Below the pieces are notes generated by a model. It was not told the origin of the DNA and searched no databases. It saw only the letters and a list, made by a program, of their open reading frames with translations. DNA of 64,000 bases from Acidobacteriota bacterium (GTDB taxonomy: Bacteria; Acidobacteriota; JBCCFW01): assembly GCA_039029535.1 (NCBI GenBank), contig JBCCFW010000003.1, positions 10,073-74,072 on the forward strand, written 5' to 3'. This document shows, piece by piece, positions 54,301 through 62,394 of the stretch (position 1 is the first letter of the stretch; each line of letters opens with the position of its first letter). The translations under genes were made by a program, and so were the position numbers.

Positions 54301-57084
54301 GAGGAAGGCTACGAGCGGGGCGTGCACGATCACGACGCCGCGCTGGTGCTCGAGAAGCTTCTCCATCTCATCGCCACTGCCGGCTTGCTCCAGTACTCGC
54401 CCCGCGTGCGGGCTCGGGCGCTGCTGGTGGAGACCCACGGGCTCACCGACGATCGGCGTCGACGCTTCGAGTTGGCCGCGCAGAGCCTCACCCGGCTGCG
54501 TGCGAGTCACGGGACCAGCCAGGCTCTCGAAGAGCTGCGTGGCGGTCTCGTCGCGACCATCGAGGAGACCCTCAGGGAGTGGGACTTCGAGCTGTCGTCC
54601 GAAGAGCTCGAGGTCGCTGGACGCTACCTGCTCGAAGAGCTCTCACGTCACCCGCGGCGGATCACGGCCAGCGCCGATGCGGTCGCCTTGCTCGAAGCCT
54701 TCGCGCACGGTGACGGCGGCGAGCGGCAGCGCAAGCTCGCTGAAGAGCTCCGCGCCTTCGCCGACGACCCGAGTCAGGCCTTCCGCCTGGCGCGGGCCTG
54801 GCTCGATCGCTTCGCCGCCACCGACGAGCAGCACGCCGCCCGACGCGCCTTCGCCGAGGAAGCCGCCTTCCTCCTTCTCGTCGGCTCCGAGCGTCCCCGC
54901 GACGTCTCGAGCGCGCCGGTGCACGCGGTCACCGAGGGCATGCTCAGTCAGCACGGTCGCATCCAGGACCGTCGACTGGAGATCCAGCTCGACGAGTTCC
55001 TCTTGCGCACCCGCGCACATCGCACCGAGCGCGTGCCGGGCTACCGTGCCTATCAGGCCGCCCGTCACGAGCTGCTCGAGAAGCGGCGGGCTCAGCTCCG
55101 TCTCGACGAGCTCATCCCGAAGACCATGAGCGGCTTCGTCCGCAACCGACTCATCGACGAGGTCTACCTCCCGATGGTCGGCGCGAACTTCGCCAAGCAG
55201 CTCGGCGCGGCCGGCGAAGGACGACGCACCGACCAGATGGGCCTGCTGCTGCTCATCTCCCCGCCCGGTTACGGCAAGACCATGCTCATGGAGTACGTGG
55301 CCGCGACGCTCGGCCTCATCTTCGTGAAGGTCAACGGTCCGGCCCTGGGCCATCACGTGGTCTCGCTCGACCCGGGCTCCGCCCCCGACGCGACCTCACG
55401 CCAGGAGCTGGAGAAGCTCAACCTCGCCCTCGAGATGGGCAACAACGTCCTGCTCTACCTCGACGACATCCAGCACGTGTCGGCGGAGTTCCTCCAGAAG
55501 TTCATCTCCCTCTGCGATGCCCAGCGCAAGATCGAAGGCGTGTGGAACGGTCGCACCCGCACTCACGACCTCCGCGGCAAGAAGTTCTCGGTGGTCATGG
55601 CGGGCAACCCGTACACGGAGTCCGGCGAGAAGTTCCAGGTGCCGGACATGCTCGCCAACCGCGCCGACGTCTACAACCTCGGCGACGTGCTGTCGGGTCG
55701 GGACGACATTTTCGCGTTGAGCTTCCTCGAGAACGCGATGACCTCCAACGCCGCGCTGCGTCCGCTCGCGCGCAACGGCGGTCGCGACCTCGGTGCCCTG
55801 GTGCGACGTGCGCAAGGAGAGGAAGTCCCCGAGAGCGATCTCACCCAGGACTACTCGGCCGTGGAGCTGGCCGACATCGAGGCGGTGCTGCAGCGTCTGC
55901 TGAAGGTGCGAGAGGTCGTGCTGGCGGTCAACGCCGAGTACATCCGCTCGGCCTCGCAGGACGACGCCTTCCGCACCGAGCCCCGCTTCCAGCTCCAGGG
56001 CAGCTACCGCAACATGAACAAGATGGCCGAGCGCGTGCTGCCGATCATGAACGACGGCGAGCTCCAGGCCCTCATCGACGACCACTACCGTCAGGAGTCG
56101 CAGACCCTCACCTCCGGTGCCGAGCAGAACTTGCTCAAGCTTTCCGAGATCCGCGGGACCATGACCGAGGACGAGGAGGCGCGCTGGCGCGAGGTCAAGC
56201 GAAGCTTCCAGCGGCTCCAGGTCGGCCAGGCCGACGACGACGATCCGGTGAGCAAGGTCACCGCCCAGCTCGGCCTGCTCTCCGAACGCGTGAGCGAGAT
56301 CGCCGAGAGCTTGCAGGCCCCGCGCACGCCGACCACCAACCCCGACCTGCTCGCGACCCTCGAGCGACTCGACACCGCTCTCACCGGGCTCGGCGAGAGC
56401 GCTGCGGGGGACGAGCGACCGGCCACGCCGGCGAGCCTCGACGTGTCGGGCATCACCGAGGCTCTCGGTCCGATCCAGTCGGCCATCGAGCGCTTGGCGA
56501 ACGCCGGTTCGAGCACCGAGCGTCCGCCCCTGGCCGAGGAGCTCGCACCGCTGACCGACCGACTGGCCGCCGCGCTCGAAGCCGGCTCGGCCGCGCCACC
56601 ACCCGCGCCGACCCTCGATCTCGATCCGCTCGTCACGGAACTCCGTCAACTCGCCGAGGGTCTCCCCGCGCTCGTGTCGAGCGCGGCACCGTCGACCAGC
56701 AGCGCTCCTCCGACGCCGGTCGCCGGCGCCGCCGGCAGCGGCCCGGGAGACCTTCAGCCGCTCCTCCATCGTCTCGACAAGTCCCTGCAGTCGCTGTCTC
56801 GGATGCAGCAGGGGGCGGAGCGAGGCCGGAGGCTGTCCTCGGCAGTCCACGAGCTGCTCGGTCAGCACGTGACGGAAGTCGAAGGGGATCTCCAACCGCT
56901 CCTCCACGACCTGGCTCAGCGGCTCAAGAAGGGCACCGCGGCGAAGAACCGTCAACTGCTGGAAGCCGTCGACCGCGCCTTGCTCGGCTTCGACCGCGTG
57001 AAGGATCTCACCGACGCCCTCCGCAAGGGCGACGGAAAGACCTTCCAACGGGCCCGTAAGCCCCCGGAGGAGAAGAAGGCCTGA
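51394..57084 (+). CDS. giant AAA+ ATPase (1,896 aa), DUF3686 'DNA repair ATPase'-type architecture
   Basis: Starts 8 nt after the flotillin stop. Walker A ISPPGYGKT (K1295, nt 55276-55278), Walker B LLYLDDIQH (D1357-D1358), and a sensor-like VVMAGNPYTESG...LANRADVY. About 450 aa of N-terminal beta-rich domain and about 750 aa of helical/coiled-coil sequence precede the ATPase. The tail is Ala/Pro/Leu-rich. Confidence 0.8.
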   Translation: MSTDVSTGVEAPSVDSGSYELIRQRLEKQGQDLRGRTTKLNERRLQVFGGTELAILGNERIRTENTCVPRDIVGIGDLMVFGFDVFVGLRSTTKLDDVFTAHRFVSSGEDDGGLQLEKVDADFLRDPRLEKDFEELYRYYRNARLEQLRLVEGKLLAIFRTGNQATDLKVFRWRIERDGRLRYEDARGERDNVRPPSHDFEWTETTREQHVRGRHPHVSIEDAVFVECVGGDLTIKVEDNTEDGQGIYREPVDDDDQALQDADILYARRGTLILLKILPYNEEVWRYFVFDTRSETVRRIDAIGLACVTLPEDHGIIFPGGYFLRGGESKSFEVDTAGLRLSRVLRSPNGEDVLHVFFEPDRGRYVLLSYNLIRKEVANPILCHGYSNFPDGRMAVFRATSQEPTRVHPLQVWQTAYCSDEHQARRPSTGSALERIGNADLVRGISDVYGTCRLIENQEPTQATYEDLIGSVGRTLDAYHWLGDEESGDLQSVLESIRDTAELVIDEFEKVQELRTRARREVAKARDDLSTLVSSLRPDFWESVDPFVEALDALRLQRGHLISLKELRQVDHAALDELEAEVVSQSEALTEKTVEFLLQDDALAPYHRRIDTLSEQIGQLKAATEATPLKEETEAIGRGLDLLAEIVAGLEVDDPTLRTRILQAISEVVSRLNATRAELEAARLGLAKKEGSAEFGAQFALFSQSVVSSLSRCDTPEACDEQLTRLLLQLEELEGRFAEFDEFLDELSLKREEVQDALASRKDTLLQDRQRRASRLLKAADRVLAGIARRAQSLTELDELNAYFASDPMIAKLRDQATKLRELGDSVKADEIEGRLSAARDEAQRSLRDRTDLHEDGGAVIRFGQHRFSVNRQTLDLALVPRGDGMAYHLTGTDFHETLVDEAFEATRPYWDQTLVSETDEVARAEHLAADLLAAAEEGRGTSLHALQEARASEGGLQGLVREAASERHEEGYERGVHDHDAALVLEKLLHLIATAGLLQYSPRVRARALLVETHGLTDDRRRRFELAAQSLTRLRASHGTSQALEELRGGLVATIEETLREWDFELSSEELEVAGRYLLEELSRHPRRITASADAVALLEAFAHGDGGERQRKLAEELRAFADDPSQAFRLARAWLDRFAATDEQHAARRAFAEEAAFLLLVGSERPRDVSSAPVHAVTEGMLSQHGRIQDRRLEIQLDEFLLRTRAHRTERVPGYRAYQAARHELLEKRRAQLRLDELIPKTMSGFVRNRLIDEVYLPMVGANFAKQLGAAGEGRRTDQMGLLLLISPPGYGKTMLMEYVAATLGLIFVKVNGPALGHHVVSLDPGSAPDATSRQELEKLNLALEMGNNVLLYLDDIQHVSAEFLQKFISLCDAQRKIEGVWNGRTRTHDLRGKKFSVVMAGNPYTESGEKFQVPDMLANRADVYNLGDVLSGRDDIFALSFLENAMTSNAALRPLARNGGRDLGALVRRAQGEEVPESDLTQDYSAVELADIEAVLQRLLKVREVVLAVNAEYIRSASQDDAFRTEPRFQLQGSYRNMNKMAERVLPIMNDGELQALIDDHYRQESQTLTSGAEQNLLKLSEIRGTMTEDEEARWREVKRSFQRLQVGQADDDDPVSKVTAQLGLLSERVSEIAESLQAPRTPTTNPDLLATLERLDTALTGLGESAAGDERPATPASLDVSGITEALGPIQSAIERLANAGSSTERPPLAEELAPLTDRLAAALEAGSAAPPPAPTLDLDPLVTELRQLAEGLPALVSSAAPSTSSAPPTPVAGAAGSGPGDLQPLLHRLDKSLQSLSRMQQGAERGRRLSSAVHELLGQHVTEVEGDLQPLLHDLAQRLKKGTAAKNRQLLEAVDRALLGFDRVKDLTDALRKGDGKTFQRARKPPEEKKA

Positions 57085-57167
57085 CCGGCCTCCAGGGCGC
57101 CGACATGCTAGCCTGACGCCTCGCTTTTCAGGTCGATGAGCCGCCTCCGGGCGGCACCGCGGACGAG

Positions 57168-58523
57168 ATGGTCATGGCGCGCAAGCTCGGCGAGATCCTC
57201 ACCTCCTCACACGGCGTGTCGGAGGAGATGGTCAACAAGGCTCTCGAGACTCAGGCGATGTTCGGTGGTCGCCTGGGCACCAACCTGATCGACCACGGCG
57301 TCGTCGATGCCGAGCTCCTCGGCGCGGCTCTCGCCGAGCAACACGCCGTGGACGAAGTCATCGCGGAGATGCTCGACGGCGCTTCGGTGCGTGCCCTGCG
57401 GCTGGTGCCGAACACGATCGCTGCCAAGCACGGCATCGTGCCGCTCAACGTGAAGGACAAGATCCTCGTCGCGGCCATGCTCGACCCGACCGACCTCGTC
57501 GGCATCGACGAGCTCGCCTTCGCGACGAATCTCCACATCAAGGCGCTGGCCTGCCCGGAGATTCGACTCCGCACCTACCTCGAGCGCTACTACAAGATCC
57601 CGCGGCCCAACCGTCTCGTGCAGGTGGCCCACGATGCCGCTCAGGGCGTCGGCGGTGGTGGCGGTCTCGGGCTCGACGACCTCGAGGCGCCGCCCGAGGG
57701 TGCGCTCGGAAACGAAGACGGCTTCACGCCGGGCGCCGATCCCCTGGCGACTCAGACCATCGCTCAGCTCCAGTCGCCGATGGCCTCGCTGAACAGCGGC
57801 CTCACCGGGCTCGGCATGATGCCCGACCTGGAGATCACCGAGCTCCTCGGAGTCGACCCCGGTCAGGCGGTGACGCCGGGCGTCATCCGCAAGGCAGAGG
57901 AAGAAGCACCGGCTGAGAAGCAGGAGAAGATCGAAGCGGCAGTCTCCGAGCTCAAGCGACGACGCAGCGCACGGGACGAAGCGGTCGAAGCAGCGCGCGT
58001 CGCGGCCGTCGAGAGCGTGGAAGACGTCGTGCGCGTGCTGGCCGACTCGCTCACGCGCGAGGACATCGGCGAGTCGCTCATTCGCTTCTTCTCGAAGAGC
58101 TTCCCCCGCGTGGCTGCCTTCGTGGTCCAGAAGGAGCAGGCCCTCGGCTGGCACGCCATCATGCCGGACACGCCCTTCGAGCAATCGAGGAAGGACATCC
58201 GCAGCGCGTCGGTCTCGCTCGAGGAACCGTCGATCATCCAGGGCGTCATCCAGACCGGTCAGTACTACCTCGGCGAGCTCCCCGGGCGAGCGAGTGACGA
58301 GGCTTACGCCGCTGCGCTCGGCGGACCGCGTCCCACCGACCTGCTCATCCTTCCGGTGCAGCTCAACACGCAGGTGGTGTTCGCCCTCCACGCCGATTCG
58401 ATGGACGAGTCTCTCGGCGAGTTCGACATGCGCAGCCTGCGCGCCGCCTGTCATGCGGCCGAGCTCGCCATGGAGGTCTTGCTGCTCCGCTCGCGGATCC
58501 GGCAGCTCGCCGACCTCGACTGA
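57168..58523 (+). CDS. T2SSE_N (GspE/MshE N-terminal-like) domain protein with an unknown C-terminal domain
   Basis: MARKLGEILTSSHGVSEEMVNKALETQ...GRLGTNLIDHGVVD...IVPLNVKDKILVAAMLDPTDL pattern. Confidence 0.55.
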   Translation: MVMARKLGEILTSSHGVSEEMVNKALETQAMFGGRLGTNLIDHGVVDAELLGAALAEQHAVDEVIAEMLDGASVRALRLVPNTIAAKHGIVPLNVKDKILVAAMLDPTDLVGIDELAFATNLHIKALACPEIRLRTYLERYYKIPRPNRLVQVAHDAAQGVGGGGGLGLDDLEAPPEGALGNEDGFTPGADPLATQTIAQLQSPMASLNSGLTGLGMMPDLEITELLGVDPGQAVTPGVIRKAEEEAPAEKQEKIEAAVSELKRRRSARDEAVEAARVAAVESVEDVVRVLADSLTREDIGESLIRFFSKSFPRVAAFVVQKEQALGWHAIMPDTPFEQSRKDIRSASVSLEEPSIIQGVIQTGQYYLGELPGRASDEAYAAALGGPRPTDLLILPVQLNTQVVFALHADSMDESLGEFDMRSLRAACHAAELAMEVLLLRSRIRQLADLD

Positions 58524-58531
58524 GCGTCGCC

Positions 58532-59368
58532 ATGTCTGAAGAGAGGGAGCCGGCGAAAGCGCTCCAGATGGTGGAGCTCCACTTCGCGGGAGCGGCCCCC
58601 GATCTCGACGCGGTCCCGGAGCGCCTTCGTGAGCTTCTTCGGGTCGAGCCGGAAGCGATCGAGGTCGACGAGACCGACCGCTCGCTGCTGCTCTACCACC
58701 GCAGCCATCCCGTGGACTCGCAGGGCCGGATGCCGGCGCAGACCGCCATCCTCTCGGCGGAAGGTGCGTCGAACCCCGAGCGCTACGCCGCCGAGCTCCA
58801 GCAGTCCTGGGCCTGCCCGGACGCCGAGACTCGCTTGAAGGCGTCGACGCACACCTGCCTGCTCACGGAGATGCTGAGCGCGGTCCTCCCCACGGCCGTG
58901 CGGCTCGAGCTCTTCCACGCCGCACTGCAGTCGCTGGTCGAGATCACCTCGCCGATCGCGCTGGTGTTCAAGCACTCGCAGCAGGTCCTCGATCCTGCCG
59001 TGTACCTGGCCGCCTGCGCCGAGCCGCCGGCACGTCGTCCCGGGGTGGTGAACGTCCGCTTCTTCCGGGTGGAGAACGCCGACGGCACGCTCATCATGGA
59101 CACTCGTGGCCTCGAGGAGATCGGACTGCACGACTTGCAGTGTCGCTTCCGCGGTCTAGAGCCCGACGCGGTCAGCCGCGTGCTGTTCAGCACGGCCATC
59201 TACATCGTCGAGAACGGCCCCGTGATCGAGTCGGGTCATTCGATCCAGGGGCTCACCGAAGACTCACGCTGGCGCTGCCAGTTCGAAGAGGCCTTGCTCG
59301 ACCCGCCACGCACGCTGCTCGACCTCCACCCAGGGGACGAGCACGCCGCCGCATCCCAGAGCACGTGA
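58532..59368 (+). CDS. hypothetical protein, DUF4261-like
   Basis: LIMDTRGLEEIGLHDLQCRF resembles the DUF4261 core. The assignment comes from memory of that motif only. Confidence 0.4.
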   Translation: MSEEREPAKALQMVELHFAGAAPDLDAVPERLRELLRVEPEAIEVDETDRSLLLYHRSHPVDSQGRMPAQTAILSAEGASNPERYAAELQQSWACPDAETRLKASTHTCLLTEMLSAVLPTAVRLELFHAALQSLVEITSPIALVFKHSQQVLDPAVYLAACAEPPARRPGVVNVRFFRVENADGTLIMDTRGLEEIGLHDLQCRFRGLEPDAVSRVLFSTAIYIVENGPVIESGHSIQGLTEDSRWRCQFEEALLDPPRTLLDLHPGDEHAAASQST

Positions 59369-60396
59369 GGCCTGCGGCGATCCTCGTTCTTCTCGGTCCC
59401 AAGGGAGCAGGCAAGAGCTTCCTGGGTCGGCTGATGGAGAGCGAGCTCAGCGTGAGCTTCATCGACGTCGAGTCGATCTTCCTGAGCCTCGACGATCCGC
59501 GGGACGTGACGAACGGATACGAGCGCGTCGCCGACGAGGTGGCCGCCCACTCGGCCGGCGGCTCCGCCGTCTCGCTCGAGCTGACCGGTGCTTCGGAGCA
59601 CGCTGACGAGCTCATCGAACGCCTCCGTGGTCTCGGCTCCGTGCGTCTCGTCCGCGTCGACGCGACGCTCTCGACCTGCCTCCGTCGCGTGCGCGACCGT
59701 GATGCCAGCGTTCACCTGCCGGCTGATGAGGCACTGGTCGAGACGGTGCACGCGGCCTGCGCGGACTCGACGCGGGACCACGACCTGACCATCGACAACG
59801 ACACGGACGATGCCGGCCGGCCACTGACCCGCCTGCGTCGGCTGGTCGAACACCTGGCGATCGGCGAGGGGCGCACGCTCTCGTCGTATCGCCACGAGGA
59901 CGCACCGGCCCTGGTCGAAGCGCTCGAGGACGGGACGGTCGCTGCGACCATCCCGGTCATCCCTCATCCCTACGGTCTCGAGCAGGCGCGGAGCTTCCTT
60001 CGCTACCGGATCGCGACGTCGGGCCGACACGACGTGGAGGTCGCCTTCGCCCTCCGTGACGCCGACGACCGCCTGATCGGCTCGGTCGGCCTGGAGGGCT
60101 TCGAGACGAGCGGTCCGAACGCCGCCGAGCTGGGCTACTGGATCGGGCCGCGCCACTGGGGCCAGGGGCTCACGGGAGCCGCCGTGCCGGTGGTCCTGCG
60201 TCATGCCTTCGAGACCTTGGCCCTCGAGCGAGTGAATGCCCGTACGCTGGTCGGCAACCAGGCCTCGCGACGGATCCTCGACCGCAACGGCTTCCAGCAC
60301 GTCGAGACGAGACTGAAGGACACGCCGACGCGAGACGGCCCTCGCGACACGAGTTACCACGTCCTCGAGCAATCGGGCTGGCTGGCTCTGCGCTAG
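59365..60396 (+). CDS. fusion protein: N-terminal P-loop kinase-like domain plus C-terminal GNAT (RimJ/RimL-like) acetyltransferase
   Basis: GTG 59365 overlaps the upstream stop (GTGA). Walker A LLGPKGAGKSF. C-terminal GYWIGPRHWGQGLTGAAV ... NQASRRILDRNGFQH. Confidence 0.7.
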   Translation: MRPAAILVLLGPKGAGKSFLGRLMESELSVSFIDVESIFLSLDDPRDVTNGYERVADEVAAHSAGGSAVSLELTGASEHADELIERLRGLGSVRLVRVDATLSTCLRRVRDRDASVHLPADEALVETVHAACADSTRDHDLTIDNDTDDAGRPLTRLRRLVEHLAIGEGRTLSSYRHEDAPALVEALEDGTVAATIPVIPHPYGLEQARSFLRYRIATSGRHDVEVAFALRDADDRLIGSVGLEGFETSGPNAAELGYWIGPRHWGQGLTGAAVPVVLRHAFETLALERVNARTLVGNQASRRILDRNGFQHVETRLKDTPTRDGPRDTSYHVLEQSGWLALR

Positions 60397-60542
60397 CGTC
60401 ATGGACAGGGGACATTGGGTTCCGCGGCGCAGACGCCTCGCTCGAGCTCACCAGTGCTTCGGAGCACCGCTCCGGGTCAGCTCCTCACGGCGCATGAGGC
60501 GAGGGGCGGACTCGTCGACGGTGACCACGATCCTGCACTGGC

Positions 60543-61850
60543 TCAAAGAAAGAGCTCACCGGGCCTCAGGTGGATCAGGTGCAAGGCGACGCCGAACATC
60601 AACTGATAGACGAGGAGAGCCAGCTCCACCGCCGGATGCCGTTTCTCACGAAACAGGTGCCAGAGCGCGAGCGACGGGATGGCATACCTCGGCTCGACGA
60701 GCAAGATCGGCACCAGGGTCCCCACCGCCACGATCCCGATCGTTGGAGAGGCCTTCATGCGAAGCTTCGTGACGGAGAGCAAGAGACCACCACAGAGAAC
60801 CAAGAAGACGAACACGAGGCGGCCCTCTCCAGTGAGCCAGTTGAGGACGTGGTTGCGGATCATGGTGTCGTAGTCGTTCAGTGGGTGGACAGCGCGAAAG
60901 TCGTAGGCCGATGCCGCGAGCAGCATCAGTCCGACCGACCACGCCAGCAGCTTGGCCCGGCCCATCCGAGACCAGGTCTTCGCGAGCTCTCCTTTCAACA
61001 GGCTCTCCAGCAACAAGGGCGCCATCCCGACCGTCAGCAAGATCAGCGCGAGCAAGGGATTTCCCATTGAGAACGTCACGGATTGCATCTCGGGATCATC
61101 GAGAGCGATTCGTCCGTTCACCAAGACGAAGACGACGAAGGCTGCCCACGCCAGGAGGTGCGTCCAGCAGCGGACAAGGTGGTCCCTGACGTCCTGCAGG
61201 CTCACCCGCCAACCACTCGCCTCGACCAGGCCGAAGAGGAACAGGAAGGCACCGAAGACGATGTTGGACTGACGCACCAGCAGGCTCAGTCCGACGAGGA
61301 GCCCAGCCACGCCATGGCGTCGCAGCAGGGTCGCCTGGAGCGCTGCGAGGCACAGCAACAGGGAAAAGCTATCGGTGTAGAGCAGCGGATGGAGCACGAG
61401 CAGCACGGGAATCGTGAAGACCTGGAGACCAGTCAGCAGGGCGACTCCATCCCGCGAGATCGGCGCCGTGCCATCGTCCGGTCCGGCCTCCCGAGTGGCG
61501 ATGGAGCGGGCGATCGCGAACGCCAGGATCAACACCCCCCAGCCGATGGGCACGCCGACGCTCCGGGCCAGGTCGAGGCTCAACTCGGGGCTGAGCTTGC
61601 ACGCCACCGCGACGAGGGCGTGATGACCAGGGATCATCGCGTTGTAGGCGTGACTCCTGCCTTCCAACTTGAAGAGCTCCCACTGTCCCGCATGGAACAT
61701 CCGAACTTGGATGTAGTGGCTCCTCTCATCCATCTGGTAGGTCTGACCGCGGAGGGAGACGTACATCCATGCCGAGACCAGCACTGACACGACCAGGGCG
61801 CAGGTCGCCAACCGATCCCAGGCCCTCTTGCTCTCGACGGTCCGTTCCAT
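60543..61850 (-). CDS. polytopic membrane protein, ALG10/DIE2-like (GT-C type) glycosyltransferase candidate
   Basis: The N-terminal loop MDERSHYIQVRMFHAGQWEL...AMIPGHHAL resembles the eukaryotic Alg10 motif (DE.FHI.Q...G.W..WDP.ITT.PG). About 11 TM helices. GC looks lower than in the neighbouring genes. Confidence 0.45.
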   Translation of the reverse strand: MERTVESKRAWDRLATCALVVSVLVSAWMYVSLRGQTYQMDERSHYIQVRMFHAGQWELFKLEGRSHAYNAMIPGHHALVAVACKLSPELSLDLARSVGVPIGWGVLILAFAIARSIATREAGPDDGTAPISRDGVALLTGLQVFTIPVLLVLHPLLYTDSFSLLLCLAALQATLLRRHGVAGLLVGLSLLVRQSNIVFGAFLFLFGLVEASGWRVSLQDVRDHLVRCWTHLLAWAAFVVFVLVNGRIALDDPEMQSVTFSMGNPLLALILLTVGMAPLLLESLLKGELAKTWSRMGRAKLLAWSVGLMLLAASAYDFRAVHPLNDYDTMIRNHVLNWLTGEGRLVFVFLVLCGGLLLSVTKLRMKASPTIGIVAVGTLVPILLVEPRYAIPSLALWHLFREKRHPAVELALLVYQLMFGVALHLIHLRPGELFL

Positions 61851-61896
61851 CAGTGCTCCTCTCGCCCGAGCCTGTCCTGGGCGAAGCCGGCCATCT

Positions 61897-62394
61897 TCAC
61901 AGTCTCCTCCACATCACCAGAGCGTCCACCAGACCTTCGCTCGGGTGCTCGAAGGCAGCGGGCACCCGACCGACCTCCTCGAAGCCCAGGCTCTCCCAGA
62001 GCCGGACCGCGCCTCGATTGGTCGACACGACGCAGTTGTACTGCATCGCCCGAAAGCCCAGTGCTCGAGCGCGGTCGAAGGAGTGCTCGCCCAGCAGCCT
62101 GCCGACGCCGCGACCCCGCGCGGCCGGACCGACGACGTAGCCGCAGTGCGCCACGTGAGCTCCGGGTCCACGCTGGTTCGGCTCGAGGTAGTAGCTCCCG
62201 AGCAGCGCTCCGTCAGCGTCCGTCGCTACCCAGGTCTCGGTCGGCACCTCGACCCAGTAGCGACGCGCCGCGTCCTCGGTGATGTCCCGCTCGATGGCGT
62301 AGGTCTCGCCGGCCGCGAAGACATCGCGCAGGATCGGCCAGAGCGCCGACCAGTCGTCGTCTTGCAGCTCTCTCACGAGAACGTCCACGCTCAC
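61897..62394 (-). CDS. GNAT family N-acetyltransferase
   Basis: VVGPAARGRGVGRLLGEH and RLWESLGFEEVG motifs. Confidence 0.8.
   Translation of the reverse strand: MSVDVLVRELQDDDWSALWPILRDVFAAGETYAIERDITEDAARRYWVEVPTETWVATDADGALLGSYYLEPNQRGPGAHVAHCGYVVGPAARGRGVGRLLGEHSFDRARALGFRAMQYNCVVSTNRGAVRLWESLGFEEVGRVPAAFEHPSEGLVDALVMWRRL

Noticed and set aside
51283-54510. 1,075-aa minus-strand ORF, plus the similar 49364-51019 and 55396-57048 ORFs.
   Set aside because: All are antisense to the flotillin and giant AAA+ genes, whose sense frames carry clear motifs. The antisense translations are low-complexity (L/G/E/D/V/A/R) with no motifs, a high-GC stop-codon-depletion artefact.
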